The notes below the pieces were generated by a model. That model made no database searches. It was not told the origin of the DNA and saw nothing but the letters and a program-made list of their open reading frames with translations. Shown here piece after piece: positions 1 through 9,325 of a stretch of 52,854 nucleotides of DNA. This DNA is from a virus (taxonomy: Duplodnaviria; Caudoviricetes), in IMG/VR virus record IMGVR_UViG_3300030333_002333, positions 1 through 52,854 of that record; one strand, 5' to 3'. Both the position numbers and the translations under genes were made by a program. Within the stretch, counting starts at the first letter, position 1. Each line of letters starts with the position of its first letter.

Positions 1-269
1 TGAGGCAGTAAATGCCGTTACTCAGTTTATGAGTACTAGAACTGGGGACATGGTAGAAGGTGCTGTTAATCTTGGTGTAGCATCAGGTGTATCTGCTTGG
101 CAAGAGGGATTAAGTGTTGTAGCAGACTCAATGTTTGGAGGTGCTGTAGCAGGTGCAGGCTTCAGGGCTATTGGTAATATGATTAGAGTACCCGGTGCAA
201 AACCAGTTCTTCCCGGAACTCCTTTAAAAGAATTAACTAAAGCCCAGATTAATGAAAAAGCATTAAAGG
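1..269. repeat. Terminal direct repeat, left copy (assembly overlap of a circular/permuted genome)
   Basis: 1-269 matches 52586-52854 (offset 52585) except at positions 4 and 268. Confidence 0.95.
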
Positions 270-3200
270 GTATAGCAGGTTCATTAATGATGGGTTTACC
301 TGCTACTCTAAGAGGTGCTACTACCGAAGAACAAATATATGATTATTTACTAGGTGCTTTCTTTGGACAGCAGGAAATGTATGTTAAGAATAGAAGGGCT
401 ATTGAACACCTAAGGAAGATGAAAACAGAGTACAGAGACCCTGAAACTGATACTCTTGGAACTCCACACCCTGAATTAGTTGAGGGTTGGAAGACATTGG
501 ATAGTGAGACTAAAGGTATTGTAAGAGGTATAGTAGAACAAGATATAAAACAAGGTGGTGTAATATCGCATTTACTTTATAGGGATGACTATAACAAGCT
601 CAAAGCAATGCAGGATGCACAAGGCAAGGCTAAGGAAATATACGAAGGTGAGGTAGTAGAAAGAGTAAGGAGACCAGAAGAAGAATTAACAGAGAGTAGG
701 GATACTACTGGTAATACTGGTGATATGAATCCAGAACTAAGAGAACCTGAAGCCTATGAAGCATTATTTACAAAGACACGACATTATGTTGAAAGATTCC
801 TAGAGAATGAATGGAAGGATGCTCCAGATAAACAATTAGCACTAGAGGATGCTTGGAGAACTGTTAATAGAAAATGGAATGATGTTGTAGAGCGTAATAT
901 TAGACTTCAAGATACAGAAAACCCTGCTCAAGAAATGATTAAATGGGTTAATAAAAAGTATAAAAAGAATATAGTTGAAGGTAATGAAGAATGGAACTAT
1001 TGGACTAAATGGGGACAAGCTAGGAAGTATAATAAGCCAGTACAGGTTGCATCTATTGTACTTGATATTAAGGGAGCCCAAAGAAGACGCAATAGGATGG
1101 ACCCTGAATTAAGGGGACAGACAATACTAGAGCCTGATAATAGATTACATATATTAAATGAAAATCTTGAACCAGATGCTATGAATATGGCTCAAAATAG
1201 TAAGCAGTTAAGAGAACCTGCTAAGATATTAGAAGGTGTCTATGCTAATGAGATACATAAGCATACAGGATTAAGACACGACCCTAGAGACCCTGTTTAT
1301 TTAGTTGTTGACCATGTAGTTAGTAATGTTAAAACAGGTGGTAAGTACTTTAAAGAAGAAAGCTTCTCTGATTTGAGAAGAAATCTAACTCAAGATGCTA
1401 AAGATTTATTTCAACTACAAGCTAAGCAAGGAATGTTTCAAGGTCTTAGTGGTAAAGAACTTAAGACAGTAAAAGAAAAATTTATAGCAAGAGAAACAGA
1501 AGCAAAATATAATAATATAATGCAGAGTACACTAAGGAGTCTTAACGAAAGAGGTTATCTATACTTAGGTGGTAGAGGGGATGCTGAAAGACTGTACTTT
1601 GTTAAGCAACATCCGGGCATTAAAACAAAGATGTTCTTTGAGGGCTCTACTGTACCAAGAAGAGAAAAGAATTTAAGAAATCAAATATTAGACACCCTAC
1701 AAAAAGAAGTTGATAGACAGTTTAGAGAGGGAACTATTAGAGAAAAAGAAGATGTAATGGCTCTTTATGCAAGAGAAAAAAAGCTTTGGCAAGACATTAT
1801 GGCAAGTGGTAGTAGAAATTATGACCAAAGAAGTAGAGGTTACGATAAGCAACAGGCTGGTAAGTTATTCGATAGGACATTTTTAAATAATGTAATGTAT
1901 GATTTAAGTATGAACGGGCTTCCTTTTACTAAGAAAGCAATAAGACAACTTGGTATGCCGGGTATGATTAGAGATGCTAAAGCATTTAATAAGCGTTCAC
2001 AAATATGGTTTACTAATGGAACTCCATCTGACCCAGCATTTATAAAGAGAGTTGCCTCTGAAGAAGCTAGTATCCCAATTCCAGATGAGGGTTATAGATT
2101 TATATTACATGAAGATACAAAAGGTAAAACCTTTTTAAGTAGTCAGGCTAAAGAATATGTCCACACAATGGATGGTGAGATTATTATGTTACCTGAATTA
2201 GTTAAAGCACATAACTTAGAACAAGGATTACCATTAGAAGGTAATGTTAATAAATCTTTTATAGTATCACCGAGTGCTGAACATGGTGCTATGCTTGGTA
2301 AATATCAATTTAAGGGTGCTCCTTCAGAATTAGCCGAAGCAATGAGGGCTAATAATATACATATGATAGTCCCAGAAAGTGCTGCTAAACAATGGGGTTC
2401 AAGACCTATGTATGAAAGATGGGAATGGAGCAATGGTAATATAAAATTATATAAAGCTGATGGTTCACTAGAAAGAAGAGCCTCTAAAAATTGGGATGTT
2501 AATAATTTACCAATAGAAAGTATAAGAACTGTAACTTCAGAAATAACTGGAGATAAGTCTAAGAAAGATGCTAGACTACCAAAACAAATGCAATCTAATT
2601 TAACTCCATTTGGGTATAAACCTATAAAGCACAGAGTTATAGATGAGATATTTGAGAGAGCAAGTAGAAGGTCATTTGAAGGAGACCCTGAGATAAATTC
2701 ATTAGCTGAACAATTACAGGGTATGCCAAATGAAAAGATAGAAAGAAAGATACTTAAGAACATAGAAGATTTAGGTGTGCCACAGTTATTAAAACTAATC
2801 AATGACCCAACTAATGAGTCCTTTGCAGTTAAGGCATACAATAAGATACTTAGAGTTAATGAAAGCATTGTTAATGACTTAATAGCAGAAGGTGAGATTT
2901 CTGGAGAACAAGGTCATGCTATAAAATTAGATGCAATGGAATGGTCCTCTGTCTTTGATAGAATGACATCTTTAAAACCCGGTTCTCTAACTCCACTACT
3001 ACATAAGGTAGGAGATAACTATAGACAATCCGTATTAAGAAATTATATCTTAGCACAAATAGTTAAACCAAAGATGACTAATAGTATTAGTGCAAGAATG
3101 GTTGGTTATGATTCTTACTTACAAAAGAAACTACCTGAGCTTCAGAAGAATGATAATATATTTTATTTAGATGATAGTTATGCTGATAAACAAATGAGAT

Positions 3201-6200
3201 TAGCAGATGGTAGTACCCCAACTCTTGGTGAGATGTGGGAAACATATCAAAGAGGTAATTTATCCAAGGGTGTTAAGAGAAGATATGAACATTTGTTCAC
3301 TGCTATTGCAGTAAGGACTCCTATGGACTCACTCAGTGGGGCTCATAAGCTTAAATTTGCTGGTTTTACGGGCAGAAAAGGCTATGGTGTGGTGTTACAT
3401 CCAAGAACTATGGAAGCACTGGGAGGAGCCGATTTAGACGGTGATAAAGCATCTATATTTTTTGGTGATAAGAAGTGGGGATTTAAGAATAGTTGGAAAA
3501 ATGCATATCATAATCAAAGAAGTGAGTTTTATAGTAGCGATGGTTCCCAAGGTAAGGTCCCAACTGTAAAGATTATTAGTGGTGGTCAGACTGGTGCTGA
3601 TATTGCAGGTAATGAAGTTGCTGTAGCTAGAGGGATGGAGTCAGGTGGTACAGCACCTAAAGATTATGCTACAGACCGTGGTAAAAAACCAGAGTATAAA
3701 GATAAGTATGGCATGGTAGAAATAACTGACCAGCAGACCAAGGGGTATATTGGTAGGGAAAAGAAATGGGGACCTAGAACTGAACAAAACATTATGGACT
3801 CAGATGGTACTGTTATATTTGGTGTTACTAGTTCACCCGGGAGTAAGTTAACTAAAGACCTTGCTATAAAAAATGGTAAACCATATATAGAAAATCCAAC
3901 TCCAAGAGAATTAAATGAGTTTTTAATAGAAGAAGGTATAAAAGTTTTAAATGTAGCAGGTAATAGAGAGAGGAAAAACCCGGGTATAAATAAGAAGGTT
4001 AAAGAGATACTTAATGAAGCACTTGAAGAGAAGGCTCCCGACAGAGAAATAGAGATAGAACATAACAAACCTGAAGATATGCGTAAGCTTCTAGCTGAAG
4101 ATAATCCTGAGACTTTAAGTAGGATTAAAAGTTATTCTTTAAGGTTCTCTCCACTCATGAGATATCAAGCAAGTAAAGCAGCCTATGAGGGTAGGGCTAT
4201 GCTTGGTCCTGCTGTTGTAAATAGAGCGACCCTACTAGGTGCTTATAACCAAATAAGAACATACCTAGAGCATACAGGACAGCCAAAGTTAGTTAAGAAA
4301 ACTAGAGATGGTAAGGTTTTGTGGGAAGTTACTCCTAGAATAAGCAAGGCAGAGTTAAAGAAATTCAGAAAGATTGCTAGAGCATCTGTTGCATTAGCAT
4401 CTGACCCTATGGATGAGGCTGGTTTAAAGAACATAGATACTTTTTATAATAGTGTATTTGATTCTTTGTTTAAAATGAGAAAGGCAAGTTATGACAGAGT
4501 CACTGGTGAGTTTAAAGGATGGAGGGAGAATGACCAATTAAGTACATCAGAAAGAAAGAAGATTGGTGCTGGTACAATGTCTGCTATTAACTCAGCATCC
4601 TTTGGTAGGAATTTAGAGACAGGTAACAAACATAGTTTTTATGATTTTTACAACACAATGGAAAGAGCTTATAAAGAATTACCATATACAGAGGAGATTG
4701 GATTTGGCAATGCATTCCATACTAAGATTGCAGAATTAGTTAGAGGATTAGATTGGAATGATAGCATGGTCCACAGGATTGATTCAAATAGATTAGCTGG
4801 TTGGTATGAAAGAATAGCAGAGACATTTAGCAAGGCTGAGTATAAAGATATACAATCTCTATTAGGAAGAGATAAGCCTACAGGTTCATTAAGTATCACT
4901 ATGAACAGACCACTACAGTTGGTATTGGAAAATAAAATATTTGAAGTCTTTAGTAGGAACAGACATATATGGTCAGATGACCCAGAGTCACCTAGTTTTT
5001 CTAAGTTAGTTAATGAGAACGCTGACTTGTTTTATAATTTCTTTAGGAAACATAATCCTGATATAACTCTTATGAATCAAGTTGAAAAGTTAAAGGGCAT
5101 GACTATTGAAAAGGCAGCGAGAGAGTATGATAAGATAATAACAGAAGATATGAGAAAAGACCATCATGCTTATAATGATGTAGTCAAAAGAGATGCTGAT
5201 ACTGGGGAGTTAATAGCATTTGGAGCACACAGAAAAGCAAGGAAGAGGGGTGCTAAAAAACATTGGACATTAGATGGACATAGGTCTAATAGGATTTCAG
5301 AAAAAGATATGATTCAATTGTCTGGTGGAATCAAGATGATGGATACAAAGACTAGAGCTAAAATGGTAGATGAACTACTTAAGTTGTCTAGTGATGCTAT
5401 TAGTAATGACCTTGGAGACTGGGCAAGTGCAAGACTTATTAATGAAGTATGGGCAAGGGATTCTATAAGTGGTAAAAGATTTCAAGAACTAGCAAAACTA
5501 TCTGATAAGGTTCAAAGATTGAGGCAAAAGCTTGATAAAGAAAGGGATATGGTAGCATCCTTAGAAGATATTGAAATGTCTGATGGTCAGAGAAAACAAA
5601 TAGAAAAATTAAGTGAGTTAATTGCAGGTGAAAGAACCTCTGGAGAGATGGACCAAAGAAGAGTTGATAATTTTATCCGAAGAGAAAAAGATAATATGAC
5701 TCAAGCAGAACAAGACCTATTTGATTCTCTATTAATATCTAGTTGGAAAATTGGTGAGCCAGCAAGAGTAAGGAAGATGAATAATCTTATTGATGTTATA
5801 ATAAAACAAAGACCACCAAAGAAAGGTCCAGAGCGTACTAGGTGGTTCCAACAGGTTAAGAACCTTGAGGAATTTAGAGACCAGAAGGCTAGGGAATTAC
5901 ATAATACAAAATTTAATAAAGTGGGATTCGCATCTAAAGAAGTAAGTGACCATATCATTAAGAGACAGATGGATATTATGGAAGAAGCTTATAATTCTTT
6001 TAGATATGAGGATAGCTTACGGGATACAAGGGTTGCTGAGGCACAATTAAAAGAGCTTGAAAAAGAAAATGCCAAGCAACCTTTGTTTAATGAGCAAGGT
6101 GAAAGATTGCAAGGTATAGCAATAGAGCAAAGGCACTATAGTCGTAAGACTCAAAAGTGGATGGAGGATTATGTTCCTTTTGAAGACCTGCTTAAGTATG

Positions 6201-9200
6201 AAAAAATAAAGGCAGACCCTGAAGCAAGGAAGATATTAAATAGCCTAAAAGACCATTTAAATTATTATGGTCCAAAGACTGCAGAGGATTTACACCTTAT
6301 AGTCAGAGGTATGGTTAATAAAGATATCAATGTTATGACATTACAAGATTGGAAGATTGTTGATAATATATTTAAATCATATAGGAGAGGGACTTGGTTT
6401 CAAAATTTTAAAGATAGCATTAAGAAAGGAAAATTCCCTGACTTACAAGCTAGGAATTATAGAATGTTTCCAGAGGCTATAGATAGAAACATAACAAGGT
6501 ATGAAGCTAAGTGGGCTGATACAGAAACTATATATAGAGATAAGTATGGTAACTGGATTACTGGTAGAGCAAAAGAAATGCAGGGATGGATGGGTGAGAT
6601 ACAGAATGGTATTCACTTAAGTACAGAGATTGGAACTATGCAGACTCAAAGAGAAGAGAGAGCTTGGAATGATTCAGTAGAAAGATATCTCAATACAGAA
6701 CTAGGTGAAGACCTATGGTGGTATTCAGTTGCTAAGTTTGAAGCAGATTATGTACCAAAACAATTAAGAAAAAACCCTGTGTTTGATGAACTATCAGAAT
6801 CATTTGCTCAGACTTATATAAAAAGACATGAGAAATGGCATGAAAAATTAAACTGGGATGAGACTCAAAGTAGATTACTTACATTAACTGATGGTAAAAG
6901 ATTGACTGCTGGAGAGATAAGTAAAAAAATACAGGAACTAATTGCAGTAAAGAATGCAGAGAACCATCAACTCCTAAAAGGAGAAGAAGGTTTCATGGAA
7001 AAAGAGTTCCAACTATGGGGACCAATGAAGTGGAAGAAGGGTGGAAAAACTATAAGAGGACCACTCTATTATAAGATAATCAATAACAAGACAGGGATAG
7101 CAGAGATAACAGACATTCCAGTTGTAAGTAGAAAGAAAGTTATAGAGTACTTTACACAGAAGTTGAGACATGGAGAAGCTTTTCCAGAGAATCAACTTGG
7201 TATAGATGGGATAAGAAAATTAATGTTAAGTATGCAGGTGGGTCAGTTAAGAGCACAAGAAAGAAAGACTGAAAGAACAGGTAGAATTAACCATACTGAT
7301 TCGAGAAATCTATCTGCTAGGTTATTAAAGAAAGAGATTACTCCTACTGGTACACTTGGTGAGGTTAGATATGTTAATGGAAAGAAAGCAATTTATGGAT
7401 ACTATCCTCATGTAAGTAAAATGTTTGAGAGGGATGTTATTGTTGGTGACTTAGCTCAAAAGATTAAAGCAATTTGGCGTAGTAACTTACCTAAAGAAGA
7501 AAAAGAAATGAAGGCTGCTAAATTATATCTAAGAAGTAAGCAGTTATCTGGTGACTTTGCAGAGAGAGACCCTATGAATGATAGTTGGGAAGTTGTTAGT
7601 GATGCTATTATAAGAATGCAACAAGGTAAGGAAATTAAAAAAGAGATGGGATGGTTTGAAGGGCTATCAAGAATTAGTAATCAATTCTCAAGAGAAAGCC
7701 ATGTTGATGGATGGAACATGGGACCAGAAGCCTATCTTGAATACACTAATAGTATTTATAAATCATTCTATCGTTCAATAGGACAGATAATGGCTCGTGA
7801 ATCTATCATGAGTTTTGCAGAGAAACATCCTGATATGCCACAGAATTTAAAAACAAGTTGGATGAATTTCTTTAAGCTATATGCACAGCAATCATTAGGG
7901 TTCCCTGCTGAGATACCTGATGCTATGTATGATAATAAAGATATGAAAATAAAGGGTACATTGTATGGTGCGTTAGCAGATAATAGAGTAGCCAGAAGAC
8001 TAGATAAGATGGCTGATATACTTAAGTTAAAAGATAGGAAGGGTAATCTACCAAAAGAATTAAAAGCATTGAATAAGGTAGATGCACAAACAGTAATTAA
8101 CTTGAGTAACATGGAAGCAAAGTATGCACTTGCTACATTGTTAGCCCATCCTAAATCAAGCGTTGGTAATTATCTAGGTGGTACTCAAATGACTATCATT
8201 AATTCGGGTTGGAATAATTTTAGAAAAGCAAGAAGTCTTGATTATCTTAGGAAGACTATTGACCCAGAGTTTAAAAGCTGGGAAGATGTTAATAGGTGGG
8301 TAAGAGAGCTTGGCATCATTGAAGAGTTTATACTTAGGGAGGTTGGTGCCAACCCACAATTAACTGGTGTTAAATGGAATAGTTTTTTAAAGGATTTCAA
8401 ACAAGCATTAAATAAGGACCCTAATCTACCTGATGTTACCCTTAGGGATATGATGAAGAGACATGGTTTAACTAGGACTATGACAGATATAGCAGGTAAG
8501 TTTATGTCTATACCTGAAAGAACTCTTCGTAGGGATTCATTTATAGCTCATTATATACAAGCAAGAGATAAACTTGGTGGTAGAATACTACCTAAGGACC
8601 ATCCTTACTTAATAGAGATGGGTAAGAGAGGTGTTAAGGCGACCCAGTTCTTATACTCTGTACCATTTAGACCAATGTTTGCAGGAACTGCAATGGGTAA
8701 GGTACTAACTAGGTTTCAGTTATGGGCTTGGAACAGTGTAAGATTTAGAAATCAAGTAATAAGAGAAGCAAGTGAAAGAGGAATAAATGAGCACACTCCT
8801 GAGTTTCAAAGGTTTAAAAGACTTGCTATATCAGATGCATTCTCATTAGCATTAGGTTCTATGTTTATGTATTCATTATTCGGTTCACAGATGCCACAGC
8901 CTTATGCTTGGTTCCAAGATTTATCTGATTGGATGTTTGGTGATGAGAAGGACAGGGACAGGGCTTTCTTTGGTGCTTATCCTTCACAGGTAGCACCATT
9001 ACAGTTAATAACACCACCTAGTGCTAGATTAACAGGACCAATACTTAACGGTCTTATTAATGGAGACTGGGAGAAAATGTCTAACTATTATATCTGGACA
9101 ATGTTCCCATTTGGTAGGTTAGCAAGAGACCTCTTTGGTCCGGGTGGATTAACAGAGAATCCATACTACGGATTAGATAAGATGACAGGTCTACCAGTAG

Positions 9201-9325
9201 TAGCATCAAAAAGATTATCTACTAAGAGAAAGAAAGAAGAAGAGAAAGGTACTGAGTTCTGGACTCCACCGGGATTAAAGGTATCTAAGTATTTTACAAC
9301 AGGTGAAGAGGAGGATGAAGCCTAA
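29..9325 (+). CDS. Giant virion/ejection protein with double-psi-beta-barrel RNA polymerase core (putative virion RNAP) and inserted cpYpsA/SLOG domain; true start probably 52095 across the junction (~3271 aa)
   Basis: AVRTP (R at 3314) then GGADLDGD (DLDGD 3431-3445); upstream MDGEII (2168) and GKYQFKG (2297); KIISGGQTGAD...RTEQNIMDSDGT...VLNVAGNRE at ~3566-4030; lies at the end of the structural operon. Confidence 0.8.
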   Translation: MSTRTGDMVEGAVNLGVASGVSAWQEGLSVVADSMFGGAVAGAGFRAIGNMIRVPGAKPVLPGTPLKELTKAQINEKALKGIAGSLMMGLPATLRGATTEEQIYDYLLGAFFGQQEMYVKNRRAIEHLRKMKTEYRDPETDTLGTPHPELVEGWKTLDSETKGIVRGIVEQDIKQGGVISHLLYRDDYNKLKAMQDAQGKAKEIYEGEVVERVRRPEEELTESRDTTGNTGDMNPELREPEAYEALFTKTRHYVERFLENEWKDAPDKQLALEDAWRTVNRKWNDVVERNIRLQDTENPAQEMIKWVNKKYKKNIVEGNEEWNYWTKWGQARKYNKPVQVASIVLDIKGAQRRRNRMDPELRGQTILEPDNRLHILNENLEPDAMNMAQNSKQLREPAKILEGVYANEIHKHTGLRHDPRDPVYLVVDHVVSNVKTGGKYFKEESFSDLRRNLTQDAKDLFQLQAKQGMFQGLSGKELKTVKEKFIARETEAKYNNIMQSTLRSLNERGYLYLGGRGDAERLYFVKQHPGIKTKMFFEGSTVPRREKNLRNQILDTLQKEVDRQFREGTIREKEDVMALYAREKKLWQDIMASGSRNYDQRSRGYDKQQAGKLFDRTFLNNVMYDLSMNGLPFTKKAIRQLGMPGMIRDAKAFNKRSQIWFTNGTPSDPAFIKRVASEEASIPIPDEGYRFILHEDTKGKTFLSSQAKEYVHTMDGEIIMLPELVKAHNLEQGLPLEGNVNKSFIVSPSAEHGAMLGKYQFKGAPSELAEAMRANNIHMIVPESAAKQWGSRPMYERWEWSNGNIKLYKADGSLERRASKNWDVNNLPIESIRTVTSEITGDKSKKDARLPKQMQSNLTPFGYKPIKHRVIDEIFERASRRSFEGDPEINSLAEQLQGMPNEKIERKILKNIEDLGVPQLLKLINDPTNESFAVKAYNKILRVNESIVNDLIAEGEISGEQGHAIKLDAMEWSSVFDRMTSLKPGSLTPLLHKVGDNYRQSVLRNYILAQIVKPKMTNSISARMVGYDSYLQKKLPELQKNDNIFYLDDSYADKQMRLADGSTPTLGEMWETYQRGNLSKGVKRRYEHLFTAIAVRTPMDSLSGAHKLKFAGFTGRKGYGVVLHPRTMEALGGADLDGDKASIFFGDKKWGFKNSWKNAYHNQRSEFYSSDGSQGKVPTVKIISGGQTGADIAGNEVAVARGMESGGTAPKDYATDRGKKPEYKDKYGMVEITDQQTKGYIGREKKWGPRTEQNIMDSDGTVIFGVTSSPGSKLTKDLAIKNGKPYIENPTPRELNEFLIEEGIKVLNVAGNRERKNPGINKKVKEILNEALEEKAPDREIEIEHNKPEDMRKLLAEDNPETLSRIKSYSLRFSPLMRYQASKAAYEGRAMLGPAVVNRATLLGAYNQIRTYLEHTGQPKLVKKTRDGKVLWEVTPRISKAELKKFRKIARASVALASDPMDEAGLKNIDTFYNSVFDSLFKMRKASYDRVTGEFKGWRENDQLSTSERKKIGAGTMSAINSASFGRNLETGNKHSFYDFYNTMERAYKELPYTEEIGFGNAFHTKIAELVRGLDWNDSMVHRIDSNRLAGWYERIAETFSKAEYKDIQSLLGRDKPTGSLSITMNRPLQLVLENKIFEVFSRNRHIWSDDPESPSFSKLVNENADLFYNFFRKHNPDITLMNQVEKLKGMTIEKAAREYDKIITEDMRKDHHAYNDVVKRDADTGELIAFGAHRKARKRGAKKHWTLDGHRSNRISEKDMIQLSGGIKMMDTKTRAKMVDELLKLSSDAISNDLGDWASARLINEVWARDSISGKRFQELAKLSDKVQRLRQKLDKERDMVASLEDIEMSDGQRKQIEKLSELIAGERTSGEMDQRRVDNFIRREKDNMTQAEQDLFDSLLISSWKIGEPARVRKMNNLIDVIIKQRPPKKGPERTRWFQQVKNLEEFRDQKARELHNTKFNKVGFASKEVSDHIIKRQMDIMEEAYNSFRYEDSLRDTRVAEAQLKELEKENAKQPLFNEQGERLQGIAIEQRHYSRKTQKWMEDYVPFEDLLKYEKIKADPEARKILNSLKDHLNYYGPKTAEDLHLIVRGMVNKDINVMTLQDWKIVDNIFKSYRRGTWFQNFKDSIKKGKFPDLQARNYRMFPEAIDRNITRYEAKWADTETIYRDKYGNWITGRAKEMQGWMGEIQNGIHLSTEIGTMQTQREERAWNDSVERYLNTELGEDLWWYSVAKFEADYVPKQLRKNPVFDELSESFAQTYIKRHEKWHEKLNWDETQSRLLTLTDGKRLTAGEISKKIQELIAVKNAENHQLLKGEEGFMEKEFQLWGPMKWKKGGKTIRGPLYYKIINNKTGIAEITDIPVVSRKKVIEYFTQKLRHGEAFPENQLGIDGIRKLMLSMQVGQLRAQERKTERTGRINHTDSRNLSARLLKKEITPTGTLGEVRYVNGKKAIYGYYPHVSKMFERDVIVGDLAQKIKAIWRSNLPKEEKEMKAAKLYLRSKQLSGDFAERDPMNDSWEVVSDAIIRMQQGKEIKKEMGWFEGLSRISNQFSRESHVDGWNMGPEAYLEYTNSIYKSFYRSIGQIMARESIMSFAEKHPDMPQNLKTSWMNFFKLYAQQSLGFPAEIPDAMYDNKDMKIKGTLYGALADNRVARRLDKMADILKLKDRKGNLPKELKALNKVDAQTVINLSNMEAKYALATLLAHPKSSVGNYLGGTQMTIINSGWNNFRKARSLDYLRKTIDPEFKSWEDVNRWVRELGIIEEFILREVGANPQLTGVKWNSFLKDFKQALNKDPNLPDVTLRDMMKRHGLTRTMTDIAGKFMSIPERTLRRDSFIAHYIQARDKLGGRILPKDHPYLIEMGKRGVKATQFLYSVPFRPMFAGTAMGKVLTRFQLWAWNSVRFRNQVIREASERGINEHTPEFQRFKRLAISDAFSLALGSMFMYSLFGSQMPQPYAWFQDLSDWMFGDEKDRDRAFFGAYPSQVAPLQLITPPSARLTGPILNGLINGDWEKMSNYYIWTMFPFGRLARDLFGPGGLTENPYYGLDKMTGLPVVASKRLSTKRKKEEEKGTEFWTPPGLKVSKYFTTGEEEDEA

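Noticed and set aside
3566-4030. Intein as explanation for the insertion near the RNAP active site
   Set aside because: No N-terminal Cys/Ser block, no His-Asn C-terminus and no LAGLIDADG motifs; the pattern fits SLOG/cpYpsA
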